Assembly (NCBI RefSeq): GCF_001194135.2 | Contig: NC_068981.1 | Location: 175,020,887 to 175,084,886 of the forward strand | Reading direction: 5' to 3' | Origin: Octopus bimaculoides | Taxonomy: Eukaryota | DNA length: 64,000 nt | In this document: positions 39,884 through 52,670 of the stretch, in pieces | Position numbering within the stretch: the first letter of the stretch is position 1 | Layout: each line of letters begins with the position of its first letter | The notes under the pieces: model-generated | Seen by the model: only the letters and a program-made list of their open reading frames with translations | The model's database searches: none | What the model was told of the DNA's origin: nothing | Program-made: the position numbers and the translations under genes

Positions 39884-41202
39884 CGTGTGTGTGTATACGC
39901 ACATGTGTGCGCTCGTGTGTGTGTAAATAGACACACATACACACACGCATAAACATCTATAAATGTTTATGTATTCATATATTTATATATTCCCATGGAA
40001 AATCTGAATTTGTATATACGTTTTTACTCAATTTATACTGTTCCTTTTTCCTACTAGAATTAATTCTCACTGTTTTAAATCAGTAACTACTATTTTCTTA
40101 CCAATAAATAACCACAGAAATGATTTTCCACACAACTGATAAATTGGGCAAGATATACATGGACATACTGGTCAAGATATACATTGGTCAACACTTTCAC
40201 CATTTTATGTATATAAATTAAAATGAATGGATCAATGCTGCTTCTATATCCGCTTTGCACTATTTTTTTAGAATGAATAAGTTGAAGAAGTATATCCAAA
40301 TTTACTAAACCCTTATATAGGTAGTTTTCCGACTTTGGCAACTTACATTATGTGGGCAGCAACTGTGCGAATATCACAAAGCTGTCATATTTATCTATCT
40401 TCACACCATGGTCAGTATAACGTTGTAACATTGTATAATAGTATAGAATTGAAGATTGGTATGTAAGTATGGCTTTACAGGTTAAAATAACGATATTTCG
40501 TTTTAATCGTTAAGCTACCACTAAGTTGTTAAATATGTTACTGTTAACACCAGAATTTCACGAGAACATGGTACTACATAGCGCACGGTAAACCCATCCT
40601 GATGCCAAAAATGGCCTATAGCGAAAAATGAAAATACGAAGTTATACGAGTTTCCTAAATATATTTTAATTTCTTATTCTGAATCACTTCATTGCAACTT
40701 AATCACAACTCTCATTCACTAGAAATCTCTCCTTTCTCTTTCATTCCACTCACCTTTGTATAATAAAATCTGCGTCAACTCAGTTTAATAAAGAAATACA
40801 ATGAATGACGAAGGTTGTTTCACAAAGCAAAACGGCAAGGCAAAGCAAAACTAATTTGTTTTCCATTTCTTCATGGTCTAGCCACGAAAGTTATCTGTTG
40901 TATTCATTCACAGAATTAGTTAGTTGCAAATAAAACAAGAAAAGAAAAATAATGAAAGGAGGAAAGGAAACAATAGTGTACGAAGAAAAAAGAAAAAAGA
41001 AGGCAGGACTTGGTGGAAAATTTTAACTAGGAGTATAGAAGTAAATAGACCAAGCATACGGTTTCGCTATTGTAAAAGAGAGGAAGCAAGAGAAGGACAA
41101 GGAGGGAAGGGGGAGAAAAGCAGAAACAAAGGAAGAAAGAGAAAGTAATGAGACAGAAAGAGAAACGAGGATGAAAATGGGAGAGGAAGTATTTGCACAG
41201 AA

Positions 41203-41236
<34 letters not shown>

Positions 41237-41431
41237 TAGTGCGTGCGCGTAAGTATGTGAGTATGTGCGTTCGTATTTGTGCGTGCGTGCGTGTGTTTGT
41301 ATTAGTGTGCAAATTCATGAAAAAGATGGCTTCTAAGAATTTTGCACTTATATTTCTATTTGACCATGGATGAGTTTCTAAAGAGAAAAGCAGAACTGCT
41401 GGTATCACCTTTCCTTCATTTCTTTGCTTTT

Positions 41432-41495
<64 letters not shown>

Positions 41496-44400
41496 ACTTT
41501 TCTCTCACCTCATCATAACTTATCAATCTATTTTCCTTGCCTTTCTCTTTCTGTTCAACCCTTCTTTTTATTTCAATTTCCCTTTCTGTCTCATTCCCCC
41601 TTTCATTATCGAGAAACATCTCTTTTACTCAACATCCTTGGCGCCATTATCTTTGTTTCTAAGGATTCTAACGAACATTTTTAGTCAGCTTATGCAATAA
41701 GTACAATACGAGTCCCGATGAGAATCTCCCAGTGCAGCTTTCCAAGATCCGCGTGTGAGAGCGATTATAAAATACGTATAACAACTAACTAATAACGATT
41801 AATAATAAATAATACTGTTATTTAATTGGATGTAGTCAATGGACAGCAGGATTGGTAAAGCGTCAGAGAATGATTTCCTTTATTTAGTTAACACCCCTTA
41901 CGCGCTGTTTCAAATTTCACTTAAATCTACTTCACCATTTCTCTTCCTGGATATTCGTATTGAAGTTTTCTTTCAATCTATTGTATCCTCCCGCAAAGTA
42001 TATTATTTGCATATGCGATCCGGTCTGTTATATAATATTTGGTACAAATGTCTGTTAAACATATCTTGTTTCTCTATAAATGCAGTCAGTATTTGATATT
42101 ATATTTCACTACTTAGTATACCGACTATCATCAAAAATAATACGAGGTGATATGTAACTTTGTTGTAAGAGATTTTTTTATGATTAAGATTTATTTCTGC
42201 CGCATTTCTTTTTTTCGAGTAACGAGTTTTGTTTCACAAATTCTCTCTACATTGTTTTGCACAATCAGCACAACGCAAGGCTAAAAGTGTTGTAAAAATC
42301 AGCAACATGTTAGGAGCAATGCTTCGTACTCGTAGAAGAAAACTATTGGGTCTAGACTAACAATTTATTTCGGTTTAATGTTTGAAAGCTAAGTACAGTA
42401 AATACTTCAATATCTTCTTACCCTCTGCATCGTTGAATGAACACCAGAAACGCACCGAGTAGTGATAAAGTTCCAAACGTTTAGTGAAAATATTTCATAA
42501 GCACACATAAATGTAGGTCTTTCATTGATGTGAAGAAAGAGCCAGAAATAATACCTAAATCACAGATGGAATTACCATCTTAAAGATATAACAAACTTCA
42601 AATATTATATTCCAGCCTACTGGCATATACAGCACTTTAATATAACAGATGAATACTCACCTGGATAAATAGCAACTCACTCCAAGGAAAAAGAGAGGAT
42701 AATACACATTGATGTATGTGGTTATAATATTCAGTCACCGAATAAGAAAGCCTTAACGTAAGACTGTATAAAGAGATTGAAGGAGAGAGAAGTTTTGCAT
42801 ATAATGACAGTTTCACATCTAAGGATTCTGAAAACATTGCCACGATTAAGATGACATAATAAGAAACATGTTTATCGGGTATATTATGAATATCTTTACT
42901 GCATACTAATAAAACACATTTCTATAAGAGAAGTTTTCCGTGAGAACTCTTCAACTCTAAACTTATTCCAGGTGCTAAGGAACTTTTCAGATACTAATGA
43001 TATCGGGGAAAAACGAATCATCTTTTTAAATGCAGATTTCTTTACACTAAATGCAGCTTGTAACAAATGTATACGAACTCAGTCGAAGAACTGACTTGAA
43101 AATTAGTTCAGGAAAACGCGTGATACATACATACTCGCGCACACGCCCCCCCCCCCACATTCTGAAATATTGAATCTCAGAGCGCACATAAAGCTATAAA
43201 TAACTGTATGCGTGTTTCGAGGTCCATTATTACGTTATTATACGAATAAATTATTTCACTTTCTCGTAAATGTTTATAAGATTTTTATGACGTCATATAA
43301 ATATGAATATAAATATAAATATATNNNNNNNNNNNNNNNNNNNNNNNNNNNNNNNNNNNNNNNNNNNNNNNNNNNNNNNNNNNNNNNNNNNNNNNNNNNN
43401 NNNNNNNNNNNNNNNNNNNNNNNNNNNNNNNNNNNNNNNNNNNNNNNNNNNNNNNNNNNNNNNNNNNNNNNNNNNNNNNNNNNNNNNNNNNNNNNNNNNN
43501 NNNNNNNNNNNNNNNNNNNNNNNNNNNNNNNNNNNNNNNNNNNNNNNNNNNNNNNNTATATATATGAAAGGAATAAAACTACTATTATTATATTGGACAA
43601 AGAAACAGAGGTAGCAAATTAGATAACAGGTGAATTTATAATAGAGATTATGGAATTAAATAACTTGATTGAATGCAACACACGAATGAAAAAATCGGTC
43701 AAAGATGAATATTATAGACACATAAAGTAATACTCAAAGTAGCGGTAGATAGTACAAAACCGATCAAACAAAGTGATTCGTTTCATTAGCTTGACTGTTA
43801 TAGTAATAGTTACAGTCATAACATTCTTAAAAAGAATCTGAGTTAGTAAAAGCAGACATGTAAACGACGCAAATAATGTTGTTAGAATACACTTCCAGAA
43901 AGCCACGAAAAGTAGGATGAAGTGTTTTACGAGTAAATCATAAAGTATTATTACAAGCATATCTGATAAAAAATTAAATGGGAAATAATAAAAATAACTA
44001 CAAAATATGATGAAAAGAAATATTATTTCTGCCTTTTAGGAACCTTGCATACATAAAACAGGCTGTGAAGATGAGGCAATTAGATAAACTGAAAAGGAAT
44101 ACGTACGCTAAAATACTGGCAAAAAGCCCATACATGACTAATAACAGAAAAATAATCAAAGGAGAAATGACAAAATTGGTACTTCATGAACTGGAAGATT
44201 ATGAAATACGGTATACTAAAGTAACTACAGAATTAAGAGTGTAATAATGTACAAGAGTAAATATATTAGAAAATGACAAAATTACAATAATCATATCTAT
44301 TTATGCAGACAGGATATTGAGACGAATCGCTGAGATATGATTGCGAAATTTAAACAGGAAACTTCACTAAAATTGAAGGTATAAGCTATGGGAATATAAA

Positions 44401-44649
44401 GATTGGGGAATAAAGATAACCAGTTGTAAAGTACACAAACAGAAAAATCCTGAAAATAATAAATGCATTGGAAGTTATTTAAAGAGAAGGGGCAGTTACA
44501 GAATTCCAAAATTTGGTTTACCACACGATAAAATAGCGATGTTAGGAAGCATAAAAGACTGAGTACTTTGAATGGAATTAAAAACACAAAATAAAACTCT
44601 GCATTTCCCTAAGATACTAAATGTTGTTTTCGATTCTTCAGCTACAGAA

Positions 44650-44729
<80 letters not shown>

Positions 44730-44746
44730 GGTATAATAATAAAATA

Positions 44747-44971
44747 TTAGGTATAAAAAAAAATATTCAGACAAATGCATAACAAAAACACCAGGACTTA
44801 CAAATATATATAACATACAGAAAATTGCACTACTGGACACTGCACACATCCTACGCAAAACACTTTCAATACAGTAATCATAAGAGCATCACAGCAAACC
44901 ACAGCACATACCCAAGGCACACAAAGCTGCGCTCGGTAGTGAAGTGAAAGCACGTTATAAAAATAAAACTA

Positions 44972-44975
<4 letters not shown>
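44747..44975 (+). mobile_element. R4/Dong-like RLE LINE 3' end (copy F), flanked on both sides by (AAT)n
   Basis: Near-identical to 26970-27199: YSDK.ITKTPGLTNIYNIQKIALLDTAHILRKTLSIQ*. Confidence 0.9.
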
Positions 44976-45051
<76 letters not shown>

Positions 45052-45060
45052 AAAATGATA

Positions 45061-45093
<33 letters not shown>

Positions 45094-45104
45094 GCGATAA
45101 TTTT

Positions 45105-45225
45105 TCAAATTTTGGCACTAGGCCAGTAATGTTTTGGCTGGGGTTAAGTCAATTACATCGAACCCAGTGCTTGAATTGGTAATTATTTTATCGGCCTCGA
45201 GGACGGATTGTTGGTGCCGTCGGTA
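45105..45225 (-). mobile_element. Deu/Nin-domain SINE 3' part
   Basis: AAATTTTGGCACTAGGCC...TTACATCGAACCCAGTGCTTGAATTGGTAATTATTTTATCGGCC. Confidence 0.6.
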
Positions 45226-45886
45226 TTTTTCTCTTTCAGATATTTCTTTCCACACAGTTATTACATCATTATACTTAAAATCATTTAAAATAGAAAAGCA
45301 TTTATCGTTAGTACATATCTTTCAAAACCCACACGTCTTATAAGCATGAAAACAATTTTAAACTGAAGAGCTGGATAAAGAAATTTCGCTCATCACTTAC
45401 AATGTATCCGTTTCTCAATTACTTTTAATGCGATGATTGTGTTTGCTCTGACAACTATTCGAGATTTTAATTGGAATCTCCTCTGAATATACTTTACAGT
45501 TACCGATGTGTATGCATGTATATGTATGTTTATGCGGTATGTTATAAGTACTTGTATATTTGGGTTTGTGTGAGAGTGTGTGCGTTGGTAGAAACAAGAA
45601 GCGGTCGACATGAAATAAAGGACACGTAAAGGAAGAACATAATACGAGAAGAAACGTTATTGTCTATTTCTATTCATTACATGAAGAAGAAACTAATATT
45701 CAGAAATACGCATAAGATTTTAAATACCATCGCAAGTTTGATAACAATACGTCTTAGTGAAGTATACTTGGAAGTAAAAATATTTATTATCTTTCCAGTA
45801 TATTTGGATATTTAGTTTTAGGCATATATATTTTGTCGATACATAGAAATATATGTGTATGTATATGTGTGTGTGATTGAGTATGT

Positions 45887-45936
<50 letters not shown>

Positions 45937-45939
<3 letters not shown>

Positions 45940-46310
45940 TGTGGTAAGAAGCTTGCTTCCCAACAACATGGTTCCGAGTTCAGTCCCACTGCGTGGCACA
46001 TTGGGCGAGTGTCTTCTACTATTACCACGGGCCGACCGAAGCCTTTCGAGCAGATTTAGTAGAGGGAAACTGAAAAAAATCCGTCGTATATATATGTGTA
46101 TTTGTGTGTTTGTGTTTGTCTCCCCATCATCGCTTGACACCGATTTTGGTGGGTTTGCGTTCCCGTAACATAGCGGTTCGGCATGAGAGACTATAGAATA
46201 AGTACTAGGCTTACAAAGAATAAGTCCTGGGGTCGATCTGTTCGAATAGAGGCAATGCTCTAGCATGCCCACAGTCGAATGACTGGATCAGATAAAACAC
46301 TAAAAGAATA
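45937..46310 (+). mobile_element. full-length tRNA-derived SINE (GGCGGTGCTCCAGCATGGCC-tail family)
   Basis: GTGTGGTAAGAAGCTTGCTTCCCAAC.ACATGGTTCCGAGTTCAGTCCC head, an internal (TA/TG)n, and the conserved tail. Confidence 0.9.
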
Positions 46311-46318
46311 TACATATA

Positions 46319-46635
46319 CAGGGTGCGATGGGTAAATTGTCACCATTTATGTTTTAATTTCGCGCACGCGCTTTGTTTTAATTTTGTCGACTACACGGTA
46401 TAGTAGGGTCAGTTGGGCACCGTCTGTAAAAAAAAACAGCACCGTGATGCATTTCTCTGTGCCAGAAATTTGGAAACGACATACTGCACTGCTTGGCATT
46501 GTCGCTGGAAGTGATAAAATCGGACCAGAAGTGATAAAATCGGGCCAGAAGTGATACAATCGCGCCGAGAGTGATTGAAATCAAGTATCCAGTCAATATC
46601 ATGGTGTTTGGATTGATCACTAGTGCTAGCGACGT
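46319..46635 (+). mobile_element. internally deleted derivative of the maT element
   Basis: TA + CAGGGTGCGATGGGTAAATTGTC TIR and 5' region homologous to 25600-25769, three 20-bp repeats, then IKYPVNIMVFGLITS. Confidence 0.8.
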
Positions 46636-47114
46636 TTTTATACATGATTCGATTGTTGCTGAAGTATATAGTTACATATATAATAATATGACAGTATGCA
46701 TGAGTTCGAATATCGAGGAAACAATTCGAAATTCATGTAATAGAGCAACATGCTCACTCCAATCTCCTTATTAATATAAATGGATATACACTCGTATATA
46801 CACTCTTGTATATATGTATGTATGTATATATGTATGTATGTATATATGTATGTATGTATGTACGTAGTTATATATGTATGTATGCAGCAAGCTTATTCCT
46901 CGGGAAACTGTGTAGTGCTTAGGTCAACCATTGCTTTTATTCTGAATTCGTCATCCCAACAGACAAAGGATATGCTGTATCAATCAGGAATCTGCTTCGT
47001 ATGACTGGAAATTCGAAAATCTGTCAGAATGTGCATATATTAAATTCGTCACCCAAGGCTGGAATATGTGCTATAGATTTGTATCAAGTTATAGATAAAT
47101 GCTATACAGCTATC

Positions 47115-47465
47115 TATCTGTCTATGACTGCAACCATGCTGGACCATTGCCTTTAGCGAATCGACCGCAGGACTTATTCTTTGTAAGCCTTGTACTTATT
47201 CTATCGGACTCTTTGCTGAACCGCTAAGTTACGGGGACGTAAACACACCAGCATCGGTTGTCATGCGATGTTCGGGGGCCAAACACAGACACACAAACAT
47301 ATACACACACATACATATATATATATATACATATATACATACATATATACGACGGGCTTCTTTCCGTTTCCGCCTATCAAATCCACTCACAGTGCTTTGG
47401 TCTGCTCGAGGGTATAGTAGAAAACACTTGCCCAAGGTGTGACGCAGTGGGACTGAAACCAGAAC
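47115..47465 (-). mobile_element. tRNA-derived SINE, near full length
   Basis: Same family as 56175-56617. Confidence 0.9.
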
Positions 47466-47571
47466 AAACATATATGCATATACGTAGAAGGTTGAAAAGA
47501 AACACTCGAGTTGATATACATGGAAAAAAGCCAATGTAGAAACTGCTAAAATAATTTTATAAAAAACATTT

Positions 47572-47607
47572 CACTACCGGTTTCAGTCATTGAGACTTTT
47601 TCAACTG
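47572..47607 (-). ncRNA. minimal hammerhead motif, U3-A8 core variant
   Basis: CAG-TTGAAAA-AGTC(TCAAT)GACT-GAAA-C-CG-GTA-GTG; stem I has one mismatch in this arm. Confidence 0.55.
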
Positions 47608-47794
47608 TAAGCTTGGAAAACAACTGAATTTTGGAAAACTTAAAAGAAATGTATTATAAAGGAATATTTGCTTATTATTCAAATACAAGGGGTATTTTCC
47701 TTATTTCTGCCCCTTGTATTTGAATACTATGCAAATATTCATTTAAAAAACTTTTCTTTTAATATTTCCTAAATTTAATTGTTTTCCATACATA

Positions 47795-47830
47795 CAGTTA
47801 AAAAAGTCTCAACGACTGAAACCGGTACTG
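47795..47830 (+). ncRNA. minimal hammerhead motif, U3-A8 variant (G5 mutated in this arm)
   Basis: CAG-TTAAAAA-AGTC(TCAAC)GACT-GAAA-C-CG-GTA-CTG. Confidence 0.5.
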
Positions 47831-48277
47831 AAATGTTTTTTTATAAATCTGTTTTTGCATTTTCTACGTTGACTTTTTTCCACACACACACACACACACA
47901 CACANNNNNNNNNNNNNNNNNNNNNNNNNNNNNNNNNNNNNNNNNNNNNNNNNNNNNNNNNNNNNNNNNNNNNNNNNNNNNNNNNNNNNNNNNNNNNNNN
48001 NNNNNNNNNNNNNNNNNNNNNNNNNNNNNNNNNNNNNNNNNNNNNNNNNNNNNNNNNNNNNNNNNNNNNNNNNNNNNNNNNNNNNNNNNNNNNNNNNNNN
48101 NNNNNNNNNNNNNNNNNNNNNNNNNNNNNNNNNNNNNNNNNNNNNNNNNNNNNNNNNNNNNNNNNNNNNNNNNNNNNNNNNNNNNNNNNNNNNNNNNNNN
48201 NNNNNNNNNNNNNNNNNNNNNNNNNNNNNNNNNNNNNNNNNNNNNNNNNNNNNNNNNNNNNNNNNNNNNNNNNNNNN

Positions 48278-48317
<40 letters not shown>

Positions 48318-50835
48318 ATTTATGTATTATATGCATATATGTATATATAAGTATCTATTATATGTTTATATATATATATATACATATTATATGCATATGT
48401 GTGTGTGAATGTGATGCGTGTGTGTGTGTGCGTGCGTGTACTGGAAAGTTGATTGGAAACTTGCGGTCATACAGGACTGACATGCATGCCAATTATGATA
48501 CATTCACTTCAACACATTCAAACATACGAAAGGCATACATACATGAACGCATGGAGTGTACGTGTCAGCATATATGTACGTAGGTATATTTACGTCTCTC
48601 TTTTTTCTATATGACTCAATTTAATACAGCAATTTAGTTAGATGTAGTGAAACCCTCTAACTACTGACAGTTAGTGAGATGAGCGGTCTTTAATGTGCAT
48701 GTGGGAAGACGCGCAGTTATTTCTGGTAAATACTTCGAGAATAATTGAACTGACAGAGAAAATAAGCAAATTGCCTCGTTGATTGGAAGATAAGAAAGTT
48801 GATTTCAAACTAAGGCAAAGACTGAAGATAGACAGAAGTAGAAGGAGATTAGAAGGGAAAAGAGAAAAGAAAAAAATGCAGAGTGCATTCTCTCTACTTC
48901 TATTATCGGTGTTGCTAATTTACTCTTATACTTAGTCTTATGTTCTTCCTATTTACGCAACTCATTAATGTAATATATATGTGCAAATGTATCTGTTTCT
49001 GTCTGACTGTCTGTCGCCTCTTTCAATCTTATTCATTTAGTCACACATTGTCCCTTACTTTGCATCTCCTCTCTCTTTCTCACTCGCTCACTCGACACGC
49101 ATATATATATTTATTCACCCACATACATATGCCTGTATACACACACACATACATACATACATACATACATATATACATAAATCCAGACAGAGAGACACAA
49201 AAACACACACATATNNNNNNNNNNNNNNNNNNNNNNNNNNNNNNNNNNNNNNNNNNNNNNNNNNNNNNNNNNNNNNNNNNNNNNNNNNNNNNNNNNNNNN
49301 NNNNNNNNNNNNNNNNNNNNNNNNNNNNNNNNNNNNNNNNNNNNNNNNNNNNNNNNNNNNNNNNNNNNNNNNNNNNNNNNNNNNNNNNNNNNNNNNNNNN
49401 NNNNNNNNNNNNNNNNNNNNNNNNNNNNNNNNNNNNNNNNNNNNNNNNNNNNNNNNNNNNNNNNNNNNNNNNNNNNNNNNNNNNNNNNNNNNNNNNNNNN
49501 NNNNNNNNNNNNNNNNNNNNNNNNNNNNNNNNNNNNNNNNNNNNNNNNNNNNNNNNNNNNNNNNNNNNNNNNNNNNNNNNNNNNNNNNNNNNNNNNNNNN
49601 NNNNNNNNNNNNNNNNNNNNNNNNNNNNNNNNNNNNNNNNNNNNNNNNNNNNNNNNNNNNNNNNNNNNNNNNTATACATATAAATATAGAGTATATAATC
49701 AAGGCACCACAGGGAAAAATGGAGGTCTATACATCTTCGAACTTTATTTATTACAATATTATTCGCATTAAATTGCAATCCGACACATGTTTCTGTGTTA
49801 TAGGACACTAGTGTGCTTATCCAGCAGAAACAAGTGGGGAATTAGAAATCGATGCGAATAAACTGTAATAGATAACTTTTGAAGATGTATGCTCCTGCAT
49901 TTTTCTATAGGATGTCTCGATTGTGCAGTCCGTATTCTGTATGAAATCTAATACATCGAACTAATGGCTTACCTGTCCATCAAAGTACTGTTTAATTGTC
50001 TACCTGAAGCAATTTTGTATGCTCCCTACCATTCAATGTGGTTATCCACAACAGGATAATATCAAAGTGCTAGTAAATATCTGCTCAGATTCCAAATACC
50101 AATTTATTTCCGTTATATATATATACATAAATACATACATACATATATATAAATATACACACATACATACATATATATATATATATATGTAAATATATAT
50201 AAATACATACATATATTTATAAATACACACATATATGTGTATATATGTATATATATATATATATATATNNNNNNNNNNNNNNNNNNNNNNNNNNNNNNNN
50301 NNNNNNNNNNNNNNNNNNNNNNNNNNNNNNNNNNNNNNNNNNNNNNNNNNNNNNNNNNNNNNNNNNNNNNNNNNNNNNNNNNNNNNNNNNNNNNNNNNNN
50401 NNNNNNNNNNNNNNNNNNNNNNNNNNNNNNNNNNNNNNNNNNNNNNNNNNNNNNNNNNNNNNNNNNNNNNNNNNNNNNNNNNNNNNNNNNNNNNNNNNNN
50501 NNNNNNNNNNNNNNNNNNNNNNNNNNNNNNNNNNNNNNNNNNNNNNNNNNNNNNNNNNNNNNNNNNNNNNNNNNNNNNNNNNNNNNNNNNNNNNNNNNNN
50601 NNNNNNNNNNNNNNNNNNNNNNNNNNNNNNNNNNNNNNNNNNNNNNNNNNNNNNNNNNNNNNNNNNNNNNNNNNNNNNNNNNNNNNNNNNNNNNNNNNNN
50701 NNNNNNNNNNNNNNNNNNNNNNNNNNNNNNNNNNNNNNNNNNNNNNNNNNNNNNNNNNNNNNNNNNNNNNNNNNNNNNNNNNNNNNNNNNNNNNNNNNNN
50801 NNNNNNNNNNNNNNNNNNNNNNNNNNNNNNNNNNN

Positions 50836-50914
<79 letters not shown>

Positions 50915-50984
50915 GTGGAGAAATACAAAATGTATAAGTGGTTGATGAGTAAAGGACCAGTACAGTTTCGATTACCTTTTATTA

Positions 50985-52670
50985 TCCGTAGATTGCAGTA
51001 ACTTCATAGTGGCGGTTGCGGTAACAGTATTGATAAAATAGATGGAAAAGAAAGCTTTTATTTAGTACGACATGTTTCGACCCGTTCTGGGTCTCTTCGG
51101 GTACATAAATAAATAAAAAAATTAAAATTCTCGCTAGAGGTTCGGTGTTATGTATCACCAAATGTCTGTCAACTTTGGGAATGTGTAAAAAAACAGTGAA
51201 AAGTTGAAACGCGAGAGATTCAAATATGAATATATTTTTATTTGCGGATAACCTGGATATTCTAGCCGAGATGTTGTTAATAAGCCCCCTAATTATTGAT
51301 AGTGGATGATTAGATCCAACATTGATGTATTTTAAGTTCTCATTAAGTTTATGTAGACCAGTATCCAAGTCAAATGTAGAATCTAAAAAGTTGACTCTAC
51401 GGTATTCATTGATTATAGTGATAGAAATTTTTTGTACTTTTCGCGCTGTACTTTGCCCCATTTATGTAGGAAGAATAATGCGTCATCTAAGTATAAGCTT
51501 CCATTCAATCCAGGAATATATAATTGTATCTGGAATAGAATTTAAATTCCTACAAGTTCAGTTACTTCTGCAGAATCAAATGATCCCATAGCTATGTCAA
51601 ACGCATTTGGAGTGTCAGATCTATTCCATAAATTCTCATCAAAATCTACCAATGTTCCTCCTGCGTCTAATATTATGTCGATTTCGTATCTGGAAAGATC
51701 CAAAATATTTCTAGCAAATATTTAAGAGGATAGGGTTGATATTGGCATAATATCCCTCTATGTCTAGTTGAATGAATTTGCTTTGTTTGCTTGTTAAGTG
51801 GTTAAACCACCTGATTACTTGTTGGGTGTCGAACCATAGTGCTAAGGTATTTCTAGATCGAAGTTGGGGTATAATCCTATCTAATATTATCTTACTTATC
51901 CTATCGGTATCAGACTTTGAGGGGCAGATTAATCTAACAGAGGGAGCGATACGGAAGTTTGGCTTGTGATCTTTTAGTTGTATTCGAGGTTTGCGTGGTG
52001 CATAAGGTTCAGTTCTATTGTGTATATTTAAGTTATTTACTCTTTCTAAACCCTTTCTATTTATTATGTTGAGTGTTTTTGCTCGTGCGTGTCTGTATTT
52101 ACCGCATAGTTCATGGCGTATCAGATTGTTATAGAGATTAAAGTTAACAATATAAACATTACCGGTTTTATCAGCCGGTACGATTATTCCCTGGGCTTTT
52201 TCAAATTCATCAAGTATTTTCCTAAGTTTATGTCGGTGTGTGTGTGTTTTGACAAAGTTTTTTTCCAATTTCAATGTTTTTGACAATATTATATAACACT
52301 TCCTCGAATTTAGCAAGATGTTTGTTGATGGGTGGGATGTTTCGTGATTTAAATTCGCGTTGGAGCATTTAGTTAGTAATTGACTCATTTTGTAGGTTTT
52401 CGTTGCGGTCAAAGAAACGGGCTTTCCATCGCATTCTACGAATGAAATTGTCCTGTCTTCTCAAGAAGTAATCTCTTGTATTCTTTTCTACCTGGTACGA
52501 GTATGTCTTTGAGTGAGACGTCTAATATCATTTTTTCCATCTTCTCAACACGTTAAGGGTAAGCACCGTCAACCGTAATACGGGTGATGGTAGTGAATAA
52601 TGGAGAAATTATACAAATAGATGGAACAAAATCTTTTTTTTTTCCACATCTATTTTATCAATACTATATA
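50985..52670 (-). mobile_element. Penelope-like retroelement (Naiad-type RT), decayed, GIY-YIG region deleted
   Basis: IIVPADKTGNVY...IQLKDHKPNF..PSVRLICPSKSD..RISKIILDRI...FIQLDIEGYYANI (51711-52412); FDIAMGSFDSAEVTELVG; LYLDDAL; VNFLDSTFDL.TG...YINVGSNHP.SII (50982-51461); 3' pLTR with AATAAA. Confidence 0.9.
51065..51104 (-). ncRNA. minimal type-I hammerhead motif in the PLE 3' pLTR (U4 replaced by C)
   Basis: GTAC-CCGAAGA-GACCC(AGAAC)GGGTC-GAAA-C-AT-GTC-GTAC: perfect stems, palindromic ACATGT stem III, GUC triplet. Confidence 0.7.

Larger units (their letters stand above)
47521..47882. mobile_element. 360-bp foldback element made of two outward-facing Penelope-type repeats
   Basis: 47521-47691 and 47709-47882 are imperfect reverse complements around a loop of about 17 nt. 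Confidence 0.8.
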
